In this document: positions 29,648 to 38,425 of the stretch, piece after piece
Numbering within the stretch: the first letter of the stretch is position 1
How the letters are laid out: every line of letters begins with the position of its first letter
Source: Salipiger bermudensis
GTDB taxonomy: Archaea > Thermoplasmatota > Poseidoniia > Poseidoniales > Poseidoniaceae
Direction: 5' to 3'
DNA length: 64,000 bases
NCBI GenBank assembly: GCA_964227855.1
Contig: CAXQWT010000040.1
Coordinates: 2,548 to 66,547 of the forward strand
The notes under the pieces: model-generated
Told to the model about the DNA's origin: nothing
Seen by the model: only the letters and a program-made list of their open reading frames with translations
Database searches by the model: none
Made by a program: the position numbers and the translations under genes

Positions 29648-30248
29648 TGGCCAACGTACCTTGTTTGCCAGGTGCCTGGTTGGCTCGCCAAGCGTGTACT
29701 TCAGAAAAACCAACATCCCTCCACATTTCTATCCATTCACGTTCTGAGAATGTAGACATGTGCACATCGAGTGCTTCTGGCCAACCAAGACTCTCCTCGT
29801 GTTCCGAATAATGATCGATTCCAATCACAGCCCACCCGCCATCGATTAACCAATCATCGTGAATTGATTGCAACATTTGCTTCGGTTCATGCAAATAGTA
29901 GATGAATTCCATTGAATGGATGAGATTGTATTGCTGTCCTGGCTTCGTTTGGGGAAACATTGCGAGATGATATTCGTTGCTCGAATCAACCGCCTTCGCC
30001 TTTGCAATCATATGTTCTGCACCATCGAATCCATCGGCTTTCGTACACGTTTCATGTTGAGCAGCCAGGCGGACAACCCATCCATTTCCACAACCTAAAT
30101 CAGCAAATGAGAATGAATCCACATCAGATAAGACACGCTCCAACGCAAGGTCCAACATCTCTCGAACAGCAGGACCATGCCCTCGTTCCATCCCCTCGTC
30201 TTTGCCTCGATGTGCCCAGTCGTTGAAGACGTCCGTTGCCTGCTTCAT
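29622..30248 (-). CDS. Class I SAM-dependent methyltransferase
   Basis: ADLGCGNGW motif I, GFDGAEHMI and SMEFIYYL. Start placed at ATG 30248. Confidence 0.85.
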   Translation of the reverse strand: MKQATDVFNDWAHRGKDEGMERGHGPAVREMLDLALERVLSDVDSFSFADLGCGNGWVVRLAAQHETCTKADGFDGAEHMIAKAKAVDSSNEYHLAMFPQTKPGQQYNLIHSMEFIYYLHEPKQMLQSIHDDWLIDGGWAVIGIDHYSEHEESLGWPEALDVHMSTFSEREWIEMWRDVGFSEVHAWRANQAPGKQGTLAIIGKKSQR

Positions 30249-30318
30249 GTATGTGCCAGTGCATATGCCGAAAAAAGGCATCGAAAGCAACATGTTCCTT
30301 ATTCTCATGGGAGTGGGT

Positions 30319-31272
30319 ATGGGGTCACAATCCATCAATGACGTCTTGTATCCAAAAATCGAAGCATACGCAACAGGAATGCTTCCTGTTTCAGAACGGC
30401 ACACGATTGCCTGGGAATGTGCCGGCAACCCCGACGGAATACCTGTCATCGTAATTCACGGCGGTCCCGGAGGAGGAAGTCAACCCTCATATCGACAATA
30501 TTTTGATCCCCAAAAATGGAACATCATTCAGTTTGATCAACGAGGTTGTGGCAAATCAACACCTTATGCTGACCTCGAAGAAAACACGACAATGCATCTC
30601 GTTTCCGATATAGAGGTACTTCGAAATCATTTCAACATTGAGACATGGCATGTCTTTGGTGGTTCATGGGGCTCAACACTCTCGCTCATCTATGGAATCA
30701 CTCATCCTGAGCGTGTCCGTTCCTTCATACTTCGAGGTATTTTCATGTGCAGGAGATCAGAACTGCACTGGTTTTACCAGGATGGAGCAAGCCATGTTTT
30801 CCCTGACGCATTTGAACCCTACCAGCAACACATTCCTGAAGAGGAACAACTGACCCTCATCCCTGCCTACTACAGCCGATTAACGAGCGAGGATGTTCAG
30901 GTTCGAAGAAATGCAGCCAAGGAATGGACGCGATGGGAAATGGCAACGAGTCGCCTGTTCCCCGACCCCGAGTATCTCGATAAGGCGGAAGACCTCGATT
31001 TCGCAGTAGCATTCGCACGCATCGAATGTCATTATTTTATCAATGGAATATTCGTAGAAGATTCCTACATCCTCAACAATACGGAATCGATACAACACAT
31101 TCCTACAGTCATCGTCCAAGGCCGATACGATATGGTTTGTCCAGTCAAGAGTGCGTGGGAATTGCACAAGCAACTACCTAACTCGATTTTGCACATCATT
31201 CCAGATGCAGGTCACTCGATGGGTGAAGTACCGATTGCGAGAACCTTGGTCGAGGCTACCGATTCAGTGTAA
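30319..31272 (+). CDS. pip: Proline iminopeptidase (S33)
   Basis: HGGPGGG, FDQRGCGKSTP, FGGSWGS, QGRYDMVCP and AGHS. Confidence 0.95.
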   Translation: MGSQSINDVLYPKIEAYATGMLPVSERHTIAWECAGNPDGIPVIVIHGGPGGGSQPSYRQYFDPQKWNIIQFDQRGCGKSTPYADLEENTTMHLVSDIEVLRNHFNIETWHVFGGSWGSTLSLIYGITHPERVRSFILRGIFMCRRSELHWFYQDGASHVFPDAFEPYQQHIPEEEQLTLIPAYYSRLTSEDVQVRRNAAKEWTRWEMATSRLFPDPEYLDKAEDLDFAVAFARIECHYFINGIFVEDSYILNNTESIQHIPTVIVQGRYDMVCPVKSAWELHKQLPNSILHIIPDAGHSMGEVPIARTLVEATDSV

Positions 31273-31511
31273 GAAGTACGCTTTAGAGACCTTGCAGTGT
31301 AAATGAGTCAATAAGGGAGAAGGAAGACGCATGAGGGCGAAGATGATGTTGCAAAACCGAGTAGGTTCCGGTTCCCCCAGCAGCCCAAAACAGAAGTTCT
31401 GACGCATAAGAATACTTTGACTCAGAACCAAATTATCACCTTCAAACAAGCGTCGGCTTCATAGGGTAAAGGCGACTGGGTTGAAATGGAGGCATTCCTC
31501 CGGGTGAAATA

Positions 31512-32300
31512 ATGAGTGAAGAAGGAACCCTCACCCCTGAAGTTCAAATCGGTCAACTTGAAGAGGCTCTGGCCACAGAAACCGACCGTTTGAAGAAACT
31601 CTTTGCAGCCTATGAGACTCAAGAGAAAGAACTGGTTGATGCACGAGCAGAAATTGAAGTTCTTGAAAAAGAAATCATCGATAAGGAAATCGAACGAGAA
31701 GCACAAGAATCGTTGATTGCAGAGAAAGATTTCCGCATCCGTGAACTGGAAATGAAAGCGACCAAGGCTGACAAGCGTGTTGAGCACTTGGAACCTGCCC
31801 TCCAGACTATGGAAGAGAAGTATTCCCGTGAAAAAGATCGTCTCGGCAAGGTCTTTGGAATAGCGGAAGAACTCGATAACGATCTGAAACTTGCTGTAAC
31901 AGAGATGAAAGCTCGTGACGATTGGTATGTTAATCATATGACACTCTTCGAAGATCTCAATAAAGCCATCAAGGAACGGTATGAAATGATTGAGCGCGCA
32001 GTTGAGGCTGAACGTCAATCACAGCACATGTCTCGGGCCTTTACTGATCGAATGGACGAGATGGTCGAAGCACGTGCAGCAGAAATGACCGTTGAAGAGG
32101 CAGAGTCTCTGATTGAAGAAGAATCGGCTGAAGAAACTCCAGAAGATGAAGCACCAGTAGAAGTATCTGAAGAGGTAGTTGAAGAAGCCGTTGAAGAGGA
32201 CGCTCCGGAAGAAGAGGTGGAAGCAGTAGCCGAAGAAGAAACTGAAGCACCTGCCGACGAGACTTGGAATTCGGACGTCGACCCTTGGGCTGACAACTGA
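31512..32300 (+). CDS. Coiled-coil protein with acidic tail
   Basis: Heptad-rich E/K sequence of ~200 aa, Glu-rich tail ending DPWADN; GGTGA SD. Confidence 0.8.
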   Translation: MSEEGTLTPEVQIGQLEEALATETDRLKKLFAAYETQEKELVDARAEIEVLEKEIIDKEIEREAQESLIAEKDFRIRELEMKATKADKRVEHLEPALQTMEEKYSREKDRLGKVFGIAEELDNDLKLAVTEMKARDDWYVNHMTLFEDLNKAIKERYEMIERAVEAERQSQHMSRAFTDRMDEMVEARAAEMTVEEAESLIEEESAEETPEDEAPVEVSEEVVEEAVEEDAPEEEVEAVAEEETEAPADETWNSDVDPWADN

Positions 32301-32311
32301 GGTGAAACAAC

Positions 32312-33166
32312 TTGGCTGGTCTCGCCCGAGGGGGGCATGCTCCTGTTGCAACGTTTGCACTAGCAGGAGTTGCAATTCTAATTGGCGGAGTCTATCTCGA
32401 TCCATTAAACGGCCTGCTGCCACTTTTGGGCGTTGTCTGTCTCATGATTGCCGTCTTCTTCGCAAATTTTTGGAGAGATCCAGATCGCCCAATACCCCAA
32501 GATTCTGGAATTCTGGTTTCTCCAGCCGATGGTCATGTGATGTTCGTCCGCCGAGAACGAGCCAACGGGCGTCGCCCATCTCGTACGGAGCGAGAAAAAG
32601 GGGGCATTGAACAAGATGAACTCACTGGCGATTGGTTTCCTAAGCCTTGTGAACATCCACTTTCTTTCGAAACTGAACAACGATTTGTTCCTGCTGAAGG
32701 AGCACCTCAGGATACAGACGTATGGCGAATAGCCATCTTCATGTCACCACTCGATGTCCATGTGAATCGTGCTCCTCGGGCTGCAAACATCATTGCTATG
32801 GAACACCGTACTGGAAAAAGTCGAAGACGCGGCCCATTTGCTCCCGCATATCGCAAAGAAAGCGAATTCAATGAACGAATACGGACGGTGTTTGAATCAG
32901 AAGATGGTGAACGTACCGAAGTGATGCAAATTTCCGGCGCTCTTGCACGAACAATCGTGCCATGGAAGGGCATTGGCGACGCGCTCCGTCGTGGTGAACG
33001 ATACGGAATGATTCGACTCGGCAGCCGAGTGGATGTTCGTGTCCCAGCGGCATCATATGAACCGCAAGTCATTTCTGCGGAAGAGAAAGATCCGAAGCAT
33101 CCGAAAGGACAATTCATCAAAGCAGGGTCGGACATCATCTTCAAAAAAATACAGGAAGAGGAATAG
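32312..33166 (+). CDS. psd: Phosphatidylserine (archaetidylserine) decarboxylase proenzyme
   Basis: FWRDPDR, SPADG, IFMSPLDVHVNRAP, NER and RLGSRVD self-cleavage site; GAGGTGA SD before TTG. Confidence 0.9.
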   Translation: MAGLARGGHAPVATFALAGVAILIGGVYLDPLNGLLPLLGVVCLMIAVFFANFWRDPDRPIPQDSGILVSPADGHVMFVRRERANGRRPSRTEREKGGIEQDELTGDWFPKPCEHPLSFETEQRFVPAEGAPQDTDVWRIAIFMSPLDVHVNRAPRAANIIAMEHRTGKSRRRGPFAPAYRKESEFNERIRTVFESEDGERTEVMQISGALARTIVPWKGIGDALRRGERYGMIRLGSRVDVRVPAASYEPQVISAEEKDPKHPKGQFIKAGSDIIFKKIQEEE

Positions 33167-33180
33167 GCTGAGGTGGAGTA

Positions 33181-34347
33181 ATGTCGTCGGGTAAAGGTCT
33201 CACAATGCTGGGTGATGACTCAAAGGGTCTCAAGATTCACGACCTTGTCAAGGCACCTGCGAATACACCGTGGGCAAAGGAACGTCAACAGTCTTGGGAT
33301 GCTTCGTTCCCTGCAACGGTTTATTCCACTCCTGAGATGACAACAGAAGGACAGCCTTGTTCAGCAGTTACCGTCATTCTTCGAACCAAAGGATGCCACT
33401 GGTGGTGGTCATCCGGATGTACGTTCTGTGGTTACTTCAACGACACACGTGACGATGTCAACAGTGAAGATCTTCATGCACAATGGCAACATGCAAAAGA
33501 GAAATTCAACAATTTCGAAGGCCAAGAAATGGTGAAAGTCTACACTTCAGGTTCCTTGCTTGAAGATCGAGAAATACCCGTTGATTTCCAAGAAACAGTA
33601 CTTCGCGATTGTTTTGAACTCGGCAAGGAACTCATTGTTGAAAGCAGGACGGAGCAACTTACTGAAGAAAAGTTGGCCTGGGCGACATCGATTAATCCGA
33701 AGTTTACAGTTGCAATAGGTCTCGAGGCTTATGACGATGAAGTTCTGAGGTTTCATGTCAACAAAGGGTTCTCAGCTGCTTCATGGGACAGGGCTGTTGA
33801 ACGTCTCAAGAAATTCAATCTGCGAGTCAAAACCTACCTCATGTTCAAACCCCCATTCATGAGCGAGGCTGATGCCCTTGATCACTGTGTCAAATGGATT
33901 GAAGCAGTTGCTCAACAAAGCGACGAGATTTCTATCAATCCGATGAACATTCAACGTGGAACCGTCATCGATCGCCTTCACCGTCACAGAGAATACCGGC
34001 CGCCATGGTTATGGTCACTGGTCGAACTTATTCAGCAAAGCCACCACGTTGTTCATCCAAACGGCGGCGTCAACGGAGATGAAGGCCAGGTATCGCGTTT
34101 GATAATTCACCCAACGGCCGGTGGAAAAATTCGAGGTTCACACAACTGCGGAGAATGCGATGGAGAGGTTGTTGCTGCAATCGAACGATACGCAGTTTCA
34201 GGTTCATTGGATGAGTTCGATGGGCTGGAATGTGCGTGCAAGAATCGCTGGAATCAAGAACTAACCAATGACCGTTCAATTCCCGTTCCACTCGGCACCT
34301 CAATGCCAAGACGGGGTTCTCTAACCGACATCCTTCGCTCCCCATAG
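33181..34347 (+). CDS. Archaeosine biosynthesis radical SAM protein RaSEA
   Basis: VILRTKGCHW...GCTFCG (Cx6Cx2C), KVYTSGS, VESR, GLE, YLMFKPPF, YRPPWLWS and RGSHNCGEC. Confidence 0.85.
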   Translation: MSSGKGLTMLGDDSKGLKIHDLVKAPANTPWAKERQQSWDASFPATVYSTPEMTTEGQPCSAVTVILRTKGCHWWWSSGCTFCGYFNDTRDDVNSEDLHAQWQHAKEKFNNFEGQEMVKVYTSGSLLEDREIPVDFQETVLRDCFELGKELIVESRTEQLTEEKLAWATSINPKFTVAIGLEAYDDEVLRFHVNKGFSAASWDRAVERLKKFNLRVKTYLMFKPPFMSEADALDHCVKWIEAVAQQSDEISINPMNIQRGTVIDRLHRHREYRPPWLWSLVELIQQSHHVVHPNGGVNGDEGQVSRLIIHPTAGGKIRGSHNCGECDGEVVAAIERYAVSGSLDEFDGLECACKNRWNQELTNDRSIPVPLGTSMPRRGSLTDILRSP

Positions 34348-34448
34348 GTAAGCCGGTTTATTGAGCGCTTCAATGATGCTCTTGGTGAATGTTTATCACC
34401 GCGCTTCGAGTCGGAGGCATGTCCAACTTGGGCACGTGAGGGCACATT

Positions 34449-34721
34449 ATGTCGAACAGTACAGAACTCCCCGATGCAGTTATTGGAACTGCAGAACCAT
34501 CTTCGAGCCGTGTAATTCTTGTCCTTCTTTCTGTAGTAACAGTTGGAATGTTTGGTCTCTTCAGCACAATTTTCGGATGGGATAACATTCCGGTCATAGG
34601 CGATATAGTGCCACTCATGTCCAATCTTGGAGGTTCAGGAATCTGGTACTATTTGCTTGGGTTCATTGTAGGCCTAGGAGCGATTGTATCCACGCTAGCA
34701 GGCGAGGTCCTAGCAGATTGA
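34449..34721 (+). CDS. Small two-TM membrane protein
   Basis: 90-aa ORF with two hydrophobic segments; its stop overlaps the SD of the next gene. Confidence 0.7.
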   Translation: MSNSTELPDAVIGTAEPSSSRVILVLLSVVTVGMFGLFSTIFGWDNIPVIGDIVPLMSNLGGSGIWYYLLGFIVGLGAIVSTLAGEVLAD

Positions 34722-34731
34722 GGTGGTATGG

Positions 34732-36693
34732 ATGATTGAAGTATTTGCAGCATTAATATTCTTCTTCACCGTCATTGGTTTTGCGACGTTCTATGTCCAA
34801 CGCGGCATTGGCAACATGGCAGATCCAATGCGCCAATTCGGTCTTTTCCTTCTCAACAAAGCACCTGCAGGAATTGTTGATCTTTTCAACGATGACAAAG
34901 GTAGCGGATCAAAGACTTGGATGAACCTAGGAATGATTTGGCTTACGTTCGCTGCGATTGGAACGTTTCTGGCTCTATGGCATGATTATGATGGCACTGC
35001 ACTCGATTCCTTGGCGAGCATTGGTTGGTCCTATGACGATGGAAGTGCTCTGAACACATTTGTTGATCTGACACTTATGACAGGGCTCATCTCAATTCTC
35101 ATCGGCGGTGGACTCGTTGCTGCAGCACGAGCAGGAGCAGGACGTCTGGCAAGTGAGGCGAACGCAAGCCTTACTGCAATTCTGTTCTCTGTCTTGACCA
35201 TTTCATCGATGCTCTTGCCAACCATTCTTGGTCTTCTTATCGACTTGACTCCTGCCAATGAAGCCCTCATCCAAGATCTCTTCATGCATGCTTTGCGCTC
35301 GTTCATCATTATCGCTGTAATGATCAACGTTCTCCTAACCGTATCACAGCGTAAAGGTGAGATTGTTTCTGCAAGTAACTGGTTCTTGTTCATGGCTCTT
35401 GCATCGTTTATCTTCGGATCCCAATTCAGGTTCTTTGGGGAGTTAGCCGGATCTACTCAAACCGTTTGGCTTGGTGAGCGAATGTCCCAATCTTGGACAC
35501 TTATCGCACTCATCTTCTCAGTCGCCTACCACGTTGTACCACGAGCTGCGAGCCGACCGATTTGGTCCGACTCGATGACCAAGGCGAGCCTCCTTCTCCT
35601 CTTCCTCACATTACCGCCGTTCATCCTATCTACAGCGGATGCTGGAACACTTCTGGAGAACCTTGGTGCCATTTTGATGACACTTGCTCTCCTTCCAATC
35701 ATGGCTGGTTCTGTGAACATCATCATGACTTCACTTAGCAACGCAACTGGAGTCGTCTCCCGTCCTGGAGCCCTTGCAGCAACATTGGCAATGGTCTTTT
35801 TCCCACTCTATGCGCTTGGCGGGTACTTCACTTCCTTGGATGTCTTCATCGGCCTTGGAGCCTTGAACGACATGGCTGCAACTGTCGACATCGGGTTCAT
35901 GTGGACCGTTGGTGGTTTGATGGCCGTGGCATGTGTCGCAGAATCCTACCCATTGGCTGGAAACCGCCAACTTGCATCACCTTCCTCAGCATCTCTTTCA
36001 ACGATGTTGATCGCCTTCGGTGGCGTCACATCGACGGTTGCTAAACTCATGGGTGACTTTACCGAGAAGGCCCTCCTTGACTCTGGTAGCGAAGATGTTG
36101 TCATGACCGATGGAGGCTTCAGCCTAACAGCAGCAGTTTTGTTTTATTTCGGCTCAATTGGTATCATCCTCCTGTTCCTTAACCTCATTCGAACCTCTAT
36201 TGGTGGAATGAAAGTCGACACCTCAGTCTCAACAGTTTCCGATATCTCTCGTTATTCGATGCAGCGTGGAGAATCCTCAATTCGCAAACTTTTGCAACGT
36301 GGCGTTGGAGTTGACACAATTCTCGTGGTCGGTGCGGATGTCGAAGACGATGGCGGCATGACCATTATCGACGTATCCTCAACCCTTCACAACGATGAAA
36401 TCGATGAGTTCCCGGTAGAGAAGAATGAATTGGAAATGTTGTCAGATTATCTTGAAAAGAAAGAGATGAGCATCTTCGAATTCTTCCGCTCGATTGATCT
36501 CGATGACTCCGGTCTTATTGATGGATATGAGCTACAACAAGCCCTACGAAGCGCTGACATCGCTGATCTTCCACCATGGGATATTGCCAAGTTGATGGCA
36601 TTCGTCGACCTTGATGGTGACGGACGAGTCAATCTCCCTGAACTTGACATTGCAATTGCTCGTGTTCGTTCAGGCGTAACTGAAGAAGAGTGA
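34732..36693 (+). CDS. Multi-pass membrane protein, CcoN (cbb3 oxidase subunit I)-like but lacking His ligands, with two C-terminal EF-hands
   Basis: About 13 TM helices; CcoN-like segments NVLLTVSQRKGEIVSASNWF and YHVVPRAASRPIWS; EF loops DLDDSGLIDGYE and DLDGDGRVNLPE. ATG 34732 follows GAGGTG. Confidence 0.65.
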   Translation: MIEVFAALIFFFTVIGFATFYVQRGIGNMADPMRQFGLFLLNKAPAGIVDLFNDDKGSGSKTWMNLGMIWLTFAAIGTFLALWHDYDGTALDSLASIGWSYDDGSALNTFVDLTLMTGLISILIGGGLVAAARAGAGRLASEANASLTAILFSVLTISSMLLPTILGLLIDLTPANEALIQDLFMHALRSFIIIAVMINVLLTVSQRKGEIVSASNWFLFMALASFIFGSQFRFFGELAGSTQTVWLGERMSQSWTLIALIFSVAYHVVPRAASRPIWSDSMTKASLLLLFLTLPPFILSTADAGTLLENLGAILMTLALLPIMAGSVNIIMTSLSNATGVVSRPGALAATLAMVFFPLYALGGYFTSLDVFIGLGALNDMAATVDIGFMWTVGGLMAVACVAESYPLAGNRQLASPSSASLSTMLIAFGGVTSTVAKLMGDFTEKALLDSGSEDVVMTDGGFSLTAAVLFYFGSIGIILLFLNLIRTSIGGMKVDTSVSTVSDISRYSMQRGESSIRKLLQRGVGVDTILVVGADVEDDGGMTIIDVSSTLHNDEIDEFPVEKNELEMLSDYLEKKEMSIFEFFRSIDLDDSGLIDGYELQQALRSADIADLPPWDIAKLMAFVDLDGDGRVNLPELDIAIARVRSGVTEEE

Positions 36694-36710
36694 AGCGAGG
36701 CGGTTGAACC

Positions 36711-37985
36711 GTGCGTATCGGGTTGGTTGGAAAACCAAATGTTGGCAAATCAACGTTCTTTGCTGCATCAACATTGATTCCAGTAGATATTGCGAATTAT
36801 CCCTTTTGCACCATCGAACCCAACGTTGGATTCTCATTTATTCCAAGCCGCCTTCCATGCCCATGCGGTTCTTTACGGGAGCGACTCGAGGAAGACGGAA
36901 GAGCGCAACTCAGCGATAGTCGTGGGGGAAGCATATGTTCTCCGCGCACAGGATCGTGTGAAGGCCACCAACGCTACGTCCCTTGCATGTTGGTCGATGT
37001 TGCAGGACTCGTACCAGGGGCAAGCCAAGGTCGTGGTCGTGGAAACGCCTTCCTTTCCGATTTAGCAGAATGTGATGCATTAATTCAGGTCATTGATGTT
37101 GCAGGAACGACCGATATTGAAGGAAATCCTACCGGCTTGAAAGCATCAAAAAACCAAGCGATTGAGCAAGCCCTGACAGAAGTTGAATTCTTGACGGGCG
37201 AACTTGACGCATGGATTCTTGGCCTTGTCAAGGACGGTTGGGCGAGAGGAGCGCGACGAATCCAAGCCGAGGGTGTGAAAGGATTCACACAATACTTGCA
37301 AGAGCGTCTTTCCGGATTGGGTGCAACCGATTCCATTTGCCAACGCTCGTTCGATGCATTTGCTCAACAACATCAGGATATGACATCTCCATGGGACTGG
37401 TCAGATGGTGTTCTTATGCTTCTAGCATCCTCAATTCGAAAGCATTTGTTCCCAATTTTTGTTGCAGGAAACAAAGCAGATCTTGCACCAGAAGGTGTTC
37501 TTGAGCATCTTCATGAGGCCCTACCTTACTTTACGCCATGTTCTGCTGAAACCGAACTTGCATTAAGGCAAGCAGCAAAAGCGGGATTCATTAAGTACGT
37601 TGCAGGAAACACCTCCTTTCAATTAAACGAAGATCAATCCATGAGCGATGCTCAGAGGAAAGGGCTCTCTGTCCTCTCAGAACGGGTTGAGAAGTTGCAA
37701 GGAACTGGGCTCATCAAATTACTTGATCAGGTACTCTTTGATGAGCTTCAACGAATTGTCGTTTACCCTGTACAAGACGAGAGTCAATGGACAGACGGTG
37801 ACGGAAATGTACTACCTGATGCACTTGTTGTCCAGGACGGAATACAAGCCAAACAAGTTGCTTACAAGGTCCATTCCGACCTTGGTGACGGATTTATCAA
37901 AGGCGTTGATGGACGTACTCGTCGAATTGTTGGAGCAGATCACGAACTATCCGATGGCGATGTTTTGAGAATACACTCAAAGTAA
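36711..37985 (+). CDS. ychF: Obg-family YchF/Ygr210-type NTPase with TGS domain
   Basis: GLVGKPNVGKSTFF, ANYPFCTIEPN, DVAGLVPGA..GRGRGNAFL, NKAD and VHSDLG. Confidence 0.88.
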   Translation: MRIGLVGKPNVGKSTFFAASTLIPVDIANYPFCTIEPNVGFSFIPSRLPCPCGSLRERLEEDGRAQLSDSRGGSICSPRTGSCEGHQRYVPCMLVDVAGLVPGASQGRGRGNAFLSDLAECDALIQVIDVAGTTDIEGNPTGLKASKNQAIEQALTEVEFLTGELDAWILGLVKDGWARGARRIQAEGVKGFTQYLQERLSGLGATDSICQRSFDAFAQQHQDMTSPWDWSDGVLMLLASSIRKHLFPIFVAGNKADLAPEGVLEHLHEALPYFTPCSAETELALRQAAKAGFIKYVAGNTSFQLNEDQSMSDAQRKGLSVLSERVEKLQGTGLIKLLDQVLFDELQRIVVYPVQDESQWTDGDGNVLPDALVVQDGIQAKQVAYKVHSDLGDGFIKGVDGRTRRIVGADHELSDGDVLRIHSK

Positions 37986-37989
37986 GCCG

Positions 37990-38376
37990 TCAATGTCCTT
38001 TCGGGCGTTCATAATCAGGTGTGAGTCGAGAGAGTGTACTGGAATACTTTGCTGCACTTGTGAAGAAAAGCACAGTCGATGCGAGAGTAAGCACTGCTAA
38101 CATAATCAGCATATACCAGCCCCATGGGTCGATACTGCGTACGGTTGTGATGTAGATTCCCCACAACACAGTCAGGTAAAGGAAGGGGCGGTATCGACGA
38201 GTTACGGTACTAAGACGAGCGGACTTTAGTATGTCATCGTAGAGGTTTGCAGCATCATCTTTGTTGACATAACCGTGTTCTACTCCACATCGTGAGCAAA
38301 CCTGTGTGTTGGGTCCATTTCCATGGATAAAGAATTCTCGAGGGTATGTTCCTGAGCAGAGTCGACAGATAGGCAT
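37990..38376 (-). CDS. Small Zn-ribbon membrane protein
   Basis: CRLC...CSRC N-terminus followed by two TM helices. Confidence 0.7.
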   Translation of the reverse strand: MPICRLCSGTYPREFFIHGNGPNTQVCSRCGVEHGYVNKDDAANLYDDILKSARLSTVTRRYRPFLYLTVLWGIYITTVRSIDPWGWYMLIMLAVLTLASTVLFFTSAAKYSSTLSRLTPDYERPKGH

Positions 38377-38425
38377 CTTCTTCCCTCATCCCAATCCAAA
38401 TACTGCCGTCATTTCAACCATGCGC

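Noticed and set aside
31422..32018. 198-aa Phe-rich minus-strand ORF
   Set aside because: Antisense shadow of the coiled-coil gene; no recognisable motifs.
34348..34448. Short inverted repeats (ATTGA..TCAAT, GGTGA..TCACC) as an ncRNA or riboswitch
   Set aside because: Arms are only 5 bp, expected by chance, with no recognisable riboswitch core.
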